Shown here one piece after another: positions 36,196 to 47,800 of a stretch of 64,000 bases of DNA. Both the position numbers and the translations under genes were made by a program. Positions within the stretch are counted from its first letter, which is position 1. Each line of letters begins with the position of its first letter. Under the pieces are notes generated by a model that had not been told where the DNA came from, did not search any database, and was given only the letters and a program-made list of their open reading frames with translations. Source of the DNA: Amphiscolops sp. MND2022. Its lineage: Eukaryota. The stretch spans positions 43,650,001 to 43,714,000 of the forward strand of contig OZ076413.1 in the NCBI GenBank assembly GCA_964187785.1, written 5' to 3'.

Positions 36196-38944
36196 ATGGG
36201 TGGGATGAAACTATTCAGTGTAAAACATTTGCTCCTCTCGTGTGGAGACGTTGAAGTGAATCCAGGACCGGATGTCGATTACACTGACTATCTCAAAATT
36301 GGAAAATCGCGTTTGCACAATCTTAAATTTGTTGTTTTCAATTTTCAGAGCTTGCGAAGGAAATTGAATCAATTAAAGTGTTTCGCTTTAACTCATGTTT
36401 CTTAAGTTCATGTTTCTGTGGTCCAAACAACATCCTAGGTATCACAGAAACATGGCTCAATAATGAGGATTGCTCGAAACTTTGGGATGTTCTCTCAGAA
36501 ACACATGAACACTTTCGCGGTGATAGAAGTCTCTCGAATATCAAAAAAAGGGCAGGCGGTGTAATGCTTTTTGTTCCCTTCAAATTGGCACCTAAGGAAC
36601 GTCCGGATCTTAATCTCTTCGACCAGAGTTTAATCAATTTTTTATGGGTTGAATGCCGCAGCAATTTTTCTAAAAATTGCAGCAGTACAATGCTTATTAA
36701 TCTCCGCTAAAATCCGCAAAAAAAGTACGCAAAGGAGTTTTTGGACAATTTGAGTGTTAATCTAGATCAATCCCTCTGCCAAACAAGTTCAATAACATTA
36801 ATGGATGATTATAACATTGACTTTTTAGATGAGCAAGAGCGTGAACTTCTTGAAATAGTTATCTCACCATTCGGATTATTAGTGTCCTCACCTGAATCCC
36901 CGACTAGGATCACGGACCACTCTCAAACGCATATTGATTACATCATACAAGAACAAGTAACTCCCGCGAGTGGTTTTGTCCTTGACACTTCCTACAAATC
37001 TGATCATTTAGCTCTTTCTTACATCACCGAAGTAATCAATGCGCGCAAGAAAGCTAAAATTATAACAACTTTTGACAAAACAAACTATGATAAAAAAGCA
37101 TTCCGAAACACAGTTTCAACCATCCCGTGGTATATGATTTAACAATGCCGTACAGCACAGGCCATGTTGACTATGTTCATTACACTTTTATCGTTTAGTT
37201 TGGAGAAGCATGCCCCCCTCAAGAAAAACTTCATCAAATGTAGGCCAAAACCATCGATTCTCGGGAAACCTTGTTTCGATGATGTATGCAAAAAAGCTTT
37301 GGAAAACCGTCAAACACAATTCAATCTCTTTCGAGCGAAGCCATCAATTGATCGTTGGACCGCCTACAAAGAAGCGAAACATCGTCTCAGTAACTTGATC
37401 AATACTAAACAAGGAAATTTTTTCGCAAGACCTCGCATCGAACTTAGTGACTTCTAAACAAAGATGGAACTTCATCAACCATATCGGGAGATCCAACCCT
37501 ACTTCAGTTGAAATATCATGCCTGAAAAACTCTTTCGGAGACCTGATTTTAGATGACAATGCAATTGCAAATCACTTGAATTTAGTGTTTTCAAATCTGG
37601 GAGAATATTTTGGTGATAAAATGTATGCACCAAAATTAATCTGAAAGAAGGTAATGGTGATTTCAGATTTCATTCAATTTCTGAGAAACAATGTTTTGAT
37701 ATCTTTCGTGAGATTGATCCTAAAAAACCCACGGGTCCTTGTGCATTACCTCCTTGGGTCTTCATTGATACAAAAGATTTGATAATCCCACATCTAACCT
37801 TCTTTTTCAATTAATGTATTAAGCAATCCTGTTTTCCTACAGAACTCAAACGAGCATTTGTCACCCCGATATATAAAAAAGGCGATGCGTTAGATCCAAC
37901 CAATTACAGACCGATATCGACTACTAATACTCTTTCCAAAGTTTTCGAGAAAATTTTACATCAACAAGATACTAACTATTTGGACAACACACGGAAAATG
38001 AGTCAAAATCAGTTCGGGTTCAGGAAAATTTTTTTCCTCTTATTCTTCACTGAAACATTGAGGAAAGAAATTGTTAGTCAAAATATTGTACATGCTGTCT
38101 TCCTTGACTTGTCTAAAGCTTTTGATTCCATATCACATAAGTTTTTGATGAAAAAACTCAGTGCTTTGAATTTTTCTGAATCTGCTTCGAAACTGATGGG
38201 GGATTTTCTTACTCAGCGTACTCAAAAAGTAAAAGGTAATGGCAAACAGTCTGATTGGATTGAGCTGGCCAGAGGCGTCCCTCAAGGTACAGTTTTAGGA
38301 CCTTTAATGTTTAATCTTTCTCTCTTTTGGCCCGCAAGTTGAAAAAGTATTGCAGAAAATGGCATTGGGAATCAAAACAATTGATACTATTAAGAAGCAA
38401 CTTCCAACAACAACACTAATCATGCTTCTTCAACCTCTAGTTTTGAGTCACTTGAGCTATCCCGCGCTTTTACTTCCTTCTATATCTACAGCTTCTTTTA
38501 ATTCACTTGAAAGGCAGCTGAACTGGGCTTTGAAATGTGTTTTCTTTCGCAGTCAACAAACTTGCTCGGAGGACATTCGGAAGTCTAAAAATGTGATCAG
38601 CATGAGGAAATTGATTGATTTGAGATGCTTAACATACTTTTTCCAGCTTCTTAAGCTCGAAAGACCGGCTTACCAATATACTAGTTTACCAACTACCGAA
38701 TTTCATTTAAACGGTAGAACGTCAAAAATATTTCATCATGGAAACCGTTCATCTGCCTACATCTCTAGCTCTTCTATCCGTAAAGTATCTACCAAATGGA
38801 ATTCACTCCCAGTATTTCTTCAGGAATGTCCAAATTTCTTCCCAACTTTTCAAATCAAGATTGAAGAAGTATTTGATTTCTGAATCTCGTAATGAACTTC
38901 CATATTACTCTGTGAACATGTGGCGCGACTTTCGTATAAACTGA
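36196..38944 (+). pseudogene. LINE ORF2 (APE endonuclease plus RT), multiply disrupted; YxDD region deleted
   Basis: LLLSCGDVEVNPGP, ITETWL, GGVMLFV, DYNID, PTRIT...HIDYI, SDH, NYRPIS, QFGFR, FLDLSKAFDSI, GVPQGTVLGPL, then a jump to C-terminal sequence. Confidence 0.9.
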
Positions 38945-39479
38945 AAATTTCATAGGCGAGTGGGTTCCTGCTTTTAGTATCTGTCCTAATACTGTGCGGT
39001 CATCTTATTTAATTATTAATTATTTCATTCATCTTTTTAAAAAAAAACGTTGTACACTTCATTACTATCCTGGGTTTTTATAACTATTTCTGGTAGTTTT
39101 GAATATAGTGTTTCTTCTTCTTCTTCTTCTACTACTTTTCACTACTGTCAATTTCCAGAGACGGAGAAAAAACCTTACCATGGCAAAATGAATACCATGG
39201 CAATATCTTGCCAATATCTTACTAAAATATCCACGGAGGGTCAACCGGGGTGCTTATTTTGAGCAAACATAGCTCCATTGATCGTTCTCGAAAGATTTCC
39301 AATCACGGCTCCCGAATTGGAATTTTTTTGCAAGTTGCGTGAAAGAATTTTCCCGAAAATAATCTTCGTGCTCAGTTTTAGAACTCAAATCTTCGTTCTC
39401 ATCTTTTCCACTTTAATAAAAACAAGACGCCCGCGGACCAGCGGGATATTTTCCGCCCCAAATCTCTTCGAAAAAGACT

Positions 39480-40150
39480 ACTGAACAACAAATTTGTTCC
39501 TTGTTGACTCTTTTCAACATTCCAATGTACGAAGTCTGTCGAAAATTTGACAAAAATTGCATAAAAAACTTTGAAAATTGGAAAATTTTGGGTTTTTTGT
39601 CAATTTCGGTTTCAATTTGATATATTTTTCATTTAGAAAACAGTCATTATCTCTTCGGAAAAGCATACTGGACAACGAATTCCTGCCATTCCTGTCACGT
39701 TAAGCGTTTTCAACATTCTAATCCACGAAGTCTATCGAAAATTTGACAAAAATTGCATAAAAACGTTAAAAATCGAAAAATTTTGGAATTTTTAATCATT
39801 TTTTTGGTAATTTTTCTTTTAAAAGACCGCATTTATCTCTTCAGAAAACTATTGGACAACGAATTCGTGCCTTGTTGAACGTTTTCAACATTCTAATCCA
39901 CGATGTTTATTGAAAAAATGACAAAAATTGCATTAAAACGTTAAAAGTCGAAAAAATTTGGAATTTTTGTCATTTTTTTGGTAATTTTTTTTTAAAAAAC
40001 CGCATTTATCTCTTCAGAATACTATTGGACAACGAATTCGTGCCTTGTTGAACGTTTTCAACATTCTAATTGACGATGTTTATCGAAAAAATGGCAAAAA
40101 ATGCATGAAAACGGTGAAAATTGGGAAAGTTTTAAATTTTTGTCATTTTC
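39480..40150 (+). repeat. Tandem repeat, about 4 copies of a ~175-185-bp unit
   Basis: The unit ggacaacgaattcgtgccttgttgaacgttttcaacattctaat...gacaaaaattgcataaaa... recurs near 39485, 39672, 39855 and 40028. Confidence 0.85.
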
Positions 40151-41100
40151 GGGGTCATTTTTGGGTCATTATGGGGTCATTTCCGTCATTCCCAAAAAAG
40201 TCCAAAAATCTTTACAAATACATATCGCATGGAACTAAATTTATGTCAGTTGAATTCTGTGAATGTACTTCTTCATATTACGTAAACAATAATTCTTGGC
40301 AAATTTTGTAAAAAAAAAAACCGTTTGATTTAAATATTTTCCTTTACCATATGAAATATGGGCGGAAAATAATAACTACTATCTAGTGACTATCACATTC
40401 TATTCATCGTCAATTTATGTGATGATCGATACACAAGACAACCACAAACTCACTGGTGTGAAAACTCGGATGAACCGTGTATATATTTTAACTCGTTTTG
40501 TAGAATTCTTGCGATGCTTGTTAATATTTGTCAATTATGTAAACAATTACTTTTCAATATTTTCAACAAAATTTAGAATATGGTCGATCTTGTAAAGTGA
40601 ACCCTTCGGGGGAAATTTAAAAAATTTTTGAAGAGAATCAACAAATGTGCTGAATGATCTGTGACAATTTCCAGAGAAATCTGCGCTTTCATAAACTTCG
40701 CCTATGAGTCTGAATTGTCATCAGGGTTTGTGGAGCTTTGAAGCCTTTCGAAAGTTATGGAAGCGCAGTTTTCTCTCGAAAATTTTCAATATCAAGCCCC
40801 TTGTCTGTGTTTTTTAGTCAAAGAAACATTGCAGAAAACACTAGGCATTTTCAGTTGAATTGGATGTACATTGCCTATACTTCTTGTTTCGATTTGTATG
40901 TGGAGCGCCAAGATGCTTGTTGGGCCGATTGTCGACCCTTTGGGATTTTCAAACATCTATTATGTTCCAAAATATCAAAAAATTGAAGGGGGGACTCTTT
41001 GGTACAATCAAAAAATTTTCGAAAAAAGTCTCATAGTGCCGAAAAAAATCCAAGTTAAAAACACCCAGATAGCCAAAGTGGGGATCCTTAGTTGTTTTCA

Positions 41101-41441
41101 AGGTTCTGGACGTCGGTTTTATAATTTTGGATGAGGTTCTTAGGTTTGCGTTATGTTTTGGTCAAACTGAACAAATGAACAAAAAAGTGGACCTTACGCG
41201 AGTAAAAAAAACTACCCACTGTAAGAGTCGGGCACTTTTTCTACTAAAATGCGCCGACTAATAAAATGCGCCGACTAACAAGGTTCTGGACGTCGGTCCT
41301 ATAATTTTGGATGAGGTTCTAAGGTTTGCGGTATGTTTTGGTCAAACTGAACAACTGAACAAAAAAGTGGACCTTACACGAGTAAAAAAAACTACCCACT
41401 GTAGGAGTCGGGCACTTTTTCTACTAAAATGCGCCGACTAA
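41101..41441 (+). repeat. Tandem duplication (2 x ~180 bp) of the 3' end of the A-rich repeat family
   Basis: aggttctggacgtcggt...ctactaaaatgcgccgactaa starts at 41101 and again at 41281. Confidence 0.85.
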
Positions 41442-41605
41442 AAATACCATAAATTTATGAAATTTTGTCCGCTTTAAAATCTAATGAGTGACTTTTAACT
41501 GACAGTCAATGTAATGGATAGGATTATGTCGACATCAATTATTTTATTGATCAAAATTTCAACGCAAACGATGTCGACATAATGGTATTTGAACCTTCTG
41601 TCTTA

Positions 41606-41805
41606 NNNNNNNNNNNNNNNNNNNNNNNNNNNNNNNNNNNNNNNNNNNNNNNNNNNNNNNNNNNNNNNNNNNNNNNNNNNNNNNNNNNNNNNNNNNNNNN
41701 NNNNNNNNNNNNNNNNNNNNNNNNNNNNNNNNNNNNNNNNNNNNNNNNNNNNNNNNNNNNNNNNNNNNNNNNNNNNNNNNNNNNNNNNNNNNNNNNNNNN
41801 NNNNN
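41606..41805. other. Assembly gap (200 N)
   Basis: Run of N. Confidence 1.
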
Positions 41806-44800
41806 AATTATTCTACACATATAAAAATAGCAGCAACTATTTACAGTAGTGATGACATCATGACCGTTAGGTCACGTCAAAGCCATAGTTGCCGGCATAT
41901 AACCGCACCTTGAAAAAATCAGCAAAAACCCTTGGAGGACAACCAAACATGCATGAGTTTTACAGCAACTTTACATGTATTCAACATTCAACTATTTCAT
42001 ATTTGGAACAATACATTTTGGTATTCACGTAAACATAAACAAATAAATCAGCCACAATGTCGAGGGCGGTTAATACAACGACCTGTATTTGATAAAGCAC
42101 AATTACATATTAAACAGCTCTTCAAATTAAGGTTTATTACTACAAAGGCCGCAACGTTCTCTAAATTGGACTCAGTGTCCGTCTGTCTTGAATAAAGCAT
42201 CACTACATGTGAACAAGCGGAATATGGCCATCGTGTCCAATAATTACAGTACTGGATTAAAATACTCAGACAAGTACTGCAATCTGATTGTTCGAAAATT
42301 GGGACGGACTGAATGTCCACAGAGACAGGGGAGGAAACATTTGAACTCTTTTCCTCTGCCTGTACGCCTTGGTGTCCAATTAATCCAATACGTGTACAAA
42401 TGTATTAAAGCACCAACAAATCGTTTTAATAATGATACTTTTTTAAAACTAAATGGTTTATCCTGACATATTGTCTGTTAATATCTTGTGTTTAAAACTA
42501 ATATACATGAAAGCAACACTTCTGAATTTACAAGTGTGGAAATTATTATTAAAAACCAATTCAATTCCAGTTTTAGTTTGGGAGATGCCTTTGGGACTGC
42601 TTCTGCAATTTCCTTCAGTTGAGCGGAATTGTCCCAGGAAGTGTTTGTTGACAATTGTAACTTAATGAGTAAAAACTACCATCGCAGGCGGCAGCCTGCG
42701 ACACTCCCGCTGGTACCAAAAAAAACGCCCGACTCTCATTCCATCCAGGAACGCTCTTTTTCTTGCTTCTGTTTGTTTTTCTCTTTCCCCGATCGTGAGA
42801 GTTTTGCTCAGATAATCATCAACCGTCTCGGACTGTTTTTTTGCCGCCGTTTTCCCACAATAGATGCAGTGTGAACATCCTCCGACAGCTCTAGTCCATT
42901 GAAATGACTTGCCACTGATACCAAGGATGTTGTCGCTGAAAAAGTTCCGTGAGATGGCGTCTCGAGCACAAAATCAGTCTCCTGTCCTCGGGGGGCGGCG
43001 ACAAAGGAGTATCCACTTGTGGAATCAGCTCTATGCAGAAGTTAATCGGGTGATTTGTCTTCACCCTGGTGTCTCGGCGTATGGAGCGGTTTCCTCTGAC
43101 GTAATTGAATATCCTTTGTTTGGCTGTGTGATCAGGCAGCGAGAATGGCCCTGGAGTCACTGCTCTTGTTGTATCTTGTTTCGTGCTGGGACCAGGGATT
43201 GGAATTGGTTCTGTTAACTGCCTTTTTGCACTCCTGGCCATCGGGCAATTTCTTCTGAGTATTGATCTTCATCTTCGGAAGATGAGAGGACGTCCGTCAT
43301 GGAGCTGAGGCTTTGGCTGATGGCAGTCCGTAGCGTCATCCTCGTCGCTTGAGATATAAATGATTCCTTTTTAGGCGCTGCAACTTGAAAAACCATGGGG
43401 AAAATTTCCTTGTTGTCCATCTCGTCTCTTCTTGAATATCTTATTTACAATTTTCGAAAATTAATGAGACTGAATGGCTTGAGTGGATTCTTTCAAGAAG
43501 CGACTGGTCTTTGCGGCGATGAGAAATTCTAATGAATAACTTTCAAGAGAAAACCCCCCAAACTTCGTTTGGTAGTTTTCCCGGGGTTTTAACCTTTCAC
43601 GACGAGGAATAACACTGTCATCAAGTCTTTGATAATAAGCCGACACTTCTTTGTTGACACTCAATAATTCAAATTCTCCTTCTGTGCGGCATGTAGTCAT
43701 CAAGCACATCACTGAGTGTTTCTTAACACTCATAGACCACTTGAAGTTATCAAGTGGCTGAAGATATGGCCGAAGGCCATGCTGTCTCACTGTATCTTAG
43801 TCAGCCAATAGGATTGCAATAAGTTCTTTCCCTTACCAAAATGGTGATTCAAGGTTGAAATTCCACATAAGGAATAATATAAAATGAGTTTGAAAGTAAA
43901 ATAAAATAAAATAAAATAAAATAATAATGGTGAAATAATAGTATAGTGCTAAAATTATTAGTTCTTTATTGACTAATATGAATATATATGGCATAGTGTA
44001 TCCACACATTGTCGTAAATCCCATATAGTTGTAAATTTGACACCAAATTGTATAGCCAAGTATTCCAATTTTCCATCGACATTGTGTCAATCATCATTAC
44101 ATTGCCATCTCACCTTTCAATTCATTACCCTCATTCTCCGGTATTTATTCACTCGTAGTATTTATTTTCATTGTATTTATCCATAGTTGGTCTTTGAGTC
44201 GTATTTATTCGTAATTTTAATCATATCATCTCCTTGGGTCTCGTTGTCCAATCATCCTCGTCCTCGTGGGTTTTCCTGGTCAATCACGGACTATCGACAT
44301 CCAGTCCCCAATTCCAACATTCTCTTCACATTTGTTTCTACCTTTTGGAAACTAAAAAGGGCTCTGCATTCTTTTATCCTATCTCGAATATCAGCTCTGC
44401 CTGCCCTCTTTCCGAAGGACTTCCTGTCTACATTTCAGATTACTACAATCACCCAACTGCCTTTCCATCTCAAGTAATTTGTTACTCTTCGTTTAGGTTT
44501 GAACGAAATTTAGGCTCGATCAGGGCTCTAATCACGTTCATTAAAGACCTCTCTAATTAACACGAGTGTTCACAAGTGTTCAGACAAATCTACTTCCGAA
44601 TGATTTTTAAATGCGGTAAATGGATTTTAATTCAGGAAGGTTCCCGCTTGATTCTATCTCTTTCTATTTACACATGTCTTCAGAAGAGATGTTAGAAAAG
44701 AACACTCTAACTTCACCAGGAGCAGCAGGGAATATCCCTCTAGTAGTCCAATATAGCTCAGTAGAGACAGAAGGGGTCCAATCTGGTAAACCGGAAGTTT

Positions 44801-44859
44801 CAGGCCAAGTCCGAGACATGCAGACATCTAGTCCATCCACTGAGTGAAGCATCAACGCC

Positions 44860-47800
44860 TAGATTGAACGTAACGTTGGGGGAAGGGTTAGGTCGCAGAT
44901 TATATTTCCCTCTTCTAGAGCTAGAATTTTTTCGGTTTTTTCATTTTCCACTACTCCGGGATAGGTAATATCTGCGCCTCCTTTTGAAGCATTTTCCTTA
45001 CTTTCTAAATCATTAGTGACATCATTTTCATTTTGAGCCACGTTAGGTGGTTCTTTCAGCGGTGACGTCATTTCTCGGCTGCTGCGTTCTTCTTCAGTGA
45101 CGTAATAGTTCATTCCGCCGCTTGCAGCGTGTCATCCGGCAGACGTGTGGCCGCGTCCGGCAAATTATCTTTTCTCGGCTGGAACAGCTCATACTCGAAG
45201 TCCGCCTTCCATGAAGTGGTATACAGATCGTCTTGTGGTATTACTATCTCTTCGTCGGGCTGTAATTTTTCTTCGCAGAATTTGTCCTCCAAAGGGGCAT
45301 TTGGAACAACTTTTTTGAGCCTGATGCGGAATAGAATCTGCGTTTTATTTGTTTTTAGACGACGCACTATGTAATTGTCCTTTGGCAAGACTTTTTTGAT
45401 CTTCTCCAAAGGAGAAAGGGAAATGTTCAGGCACTACCAGGCGGAGTCTCACCTCCGTAAAGACCTACGCTGGAGGTATGAGCACCTCCGCAGGGTCGAC
45501 AAGATCACCGGGCAAATCAGACATGAAGTCCGGGGGAAAACGGCTAAGTACTACCCCCTATAAAGTTAGAGAAGGAGAAGCGTGTCCTGAAAATGCAGTA
45601 TTAGTTGACATTGGCGACAAACATCCTCTCTTTGACGATTACATGGTCGACATTACTTCCACATCAAGTCCCGAGGAACTTCGACTTTGTACCCAGATTT
45701 CTCTAATTGGCTATCTCGTCCCTTGTAGTGGAGAGGTCTTAGTCTTGCAGACCTCGTGGAATCAAGCGGGCATTGCGGCGAATCACAAGGAACTTTTCTA
45801 ACCATGCGACTGGGGACCAACAACACTGACTGTAACACTATCGTTTCGGTCTGCGGTCCAATGGGATCTTCATTCATCCATGCCTCATTTGTTCGTTTTG
45901 ATTTCAGACTACTTTCCATCACATCTATCTTTGCGGCGTCAGCGACATTGCTCACCACGTCACCATTTCCGGCAAATACTGACTCCAATTGAAACCTATT
46001 CTACAGTGTCCATCCGTTTCTCGAAAGGAGACAACATGTCCCTTGTTCGACTCTTGCAACATCGCCTTGTCAGTGAGCCAGCTGCCGGCATATTATCTGC
46101 AATAGCCCGTATCCTCTCCTTCCTGTCCACGCAGCCGCAAATTGTGTCTCCGCACAGTGTCTCCGGATGTCCTTCTGACCTGCTCCCAATATTAGAACAG
46201 TAATTTCTTTACTCCGCTGCGGTTTTTGGTCACGTTCTTAGACGACTGCCAAAATCAAATTTGGGCCACACAGTCACCTGAACTCAACAAGGCAAGTACA
46301 AAGCTGTCCTTAAGGGGCAGGACACCTGAATAACTTTGACTCTAATTTCGTTTTCTGGTATAGGCGATTTCATCCTGCAAGTTGGAAATCACAACCATCC
46401 CCAAAATTGGCTCAGAATTGTTGGCTGACGGGAAGTCAATACAGAACTATATGACAAAGACTGCTCCTACTCAAAAAATCTAGGCGTCCGTCACCGGCCA
46501 CAGAGTTTGGAATGGAGCATTTTTGGGCGGATTGTCCATGATTTCTAGTTTCGTATTTCCATTTCCGTTAACTGTCTATAGGGTTGGGCAGGCTGGACTG
46601 ATGGGCTACCTGTCTACTATCATCATAATTGGAAAGGTATTGTTGTTTTTGCAGACACCAAGAGTTTCGAGTGCAGCCTTTCTTGTCGAAGGGATTATGG
46701 GTTCATTACGTAGAGAGAGTTGCATCAGTATGTCTGAAAGATGTGCTACAGGTCTCTGTTGCCAAAGCATTCCCCTGACGAATCAGACAGGACCGGGTTG
46801 TTCTCCTTGCAGGGTCAAACTCTCACCCAGCTTTCTACCCTCGATCACCTCAATCGACTTAAATTGAAAGGAGACCTAGAAGCCGCCTGTCGAGTCAAGG
46901 CCAGATGGGATGTCGATGAGCATCAGAGTGTCGACCCTGATTTCGAGACAACTGTTGAGGCAGTCAAGGCGGACTTTGTAGCCAAGGCTCGGAACTATTT
47001 GGTTCCCTTGCTTGAACTCTTCCTAGGCGATATCAGTCTTAACGCCGACATCGTTAAGGGTACGAGCAGTTTTGACCCTGTAGTCCTCTTCACAGTGCCT
47101 TCCGATCAAGCTGCTCTTTGCTTCTCTGCACTTTTTTTACCCCTTCAGTCTGTGGGACTGGAGGGTAAATACCCCCGAAGTAGAGGCCCGAGATGAATAC
47201 CTCATTTTGTTTATCTTCGGGATGCCCCAGAAGTTTTGTTGCGCGGGACCCTTGGGCCCATGTTGATAGCTTTGGGAAGGCTAATTTCAATAAAACTCTA
47301 ATTTCCATCCGGACGTCCCTAAAGAGCAAACCTCCATCAGTTACCCGATCTTCAGCTTCGTCAGTTCCAAGTACTGAAGGAATCTGCGTTTTATTTGTAT
47401 TTAAACGACGCACTATGTAATTGTCATTGGGCCAGACTTTTTGCACTACAAAGAGGCCAATCCACATGTAGTCTCGAAATGGTATGTGTGAACCTTGGCT
47501 GTCCGCTTTCGGTTGAAGAATAAAACTGTGGTCTTTTTCTTGAAGTGGCGCCGCTTTGGCCTAGCGGTCGTAATGTTCTTTATATTTCAAAGACGACTGC
47601 ATGATAATCTTTTTCGTTTGATCCATCACAAGTTGTGTACTTTGCTGTAAATCTTCCGCTAATTCAGATGTGGGCAAAACGTTTTTATTAGGATTGATTC
47701 CTAATTTATGATCTACAATTTTATAGGGAATGCGTCCGTGAAATACTTTGCTGGGTTCACATCCAATACTTGGGTGTTATGTTGTATTGTAATTAAGTAC

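Larger units (their letters stand above)
35324..39047 (+). mobile_element. CR1/L2-clade non-LTR retrotransposon (LINE), decayed and apparently 5'-truncated
   Basis: ORF1 with esterase motifs, then APE and RT fragments; A-rich end at ~39039-39047. Confidence 0.88.
34838..39250. mobile_element. CCC-ended non-autonomous DNA transposon (CMC/EnSpm-like) interrupted by a LINE
   Basis: Inverted termini CCCGGGTTGACCCT / AGGGTCAACCGGGG; possible 2-bp TSD TG; subterminal ggcaagatctt/ccatgg repeats at both ends. Confidence 0.55.

Noticed and set aside
39480..40150. Regular repeats considered as a CRISPR array
   Set aside because: Whole ~180-bp units repeat without unique spacers; eukaryotic context with no cas genes.
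41551..41849. ORFs spanning the N run
   Set aside because: Artefacts of the assembly gap.
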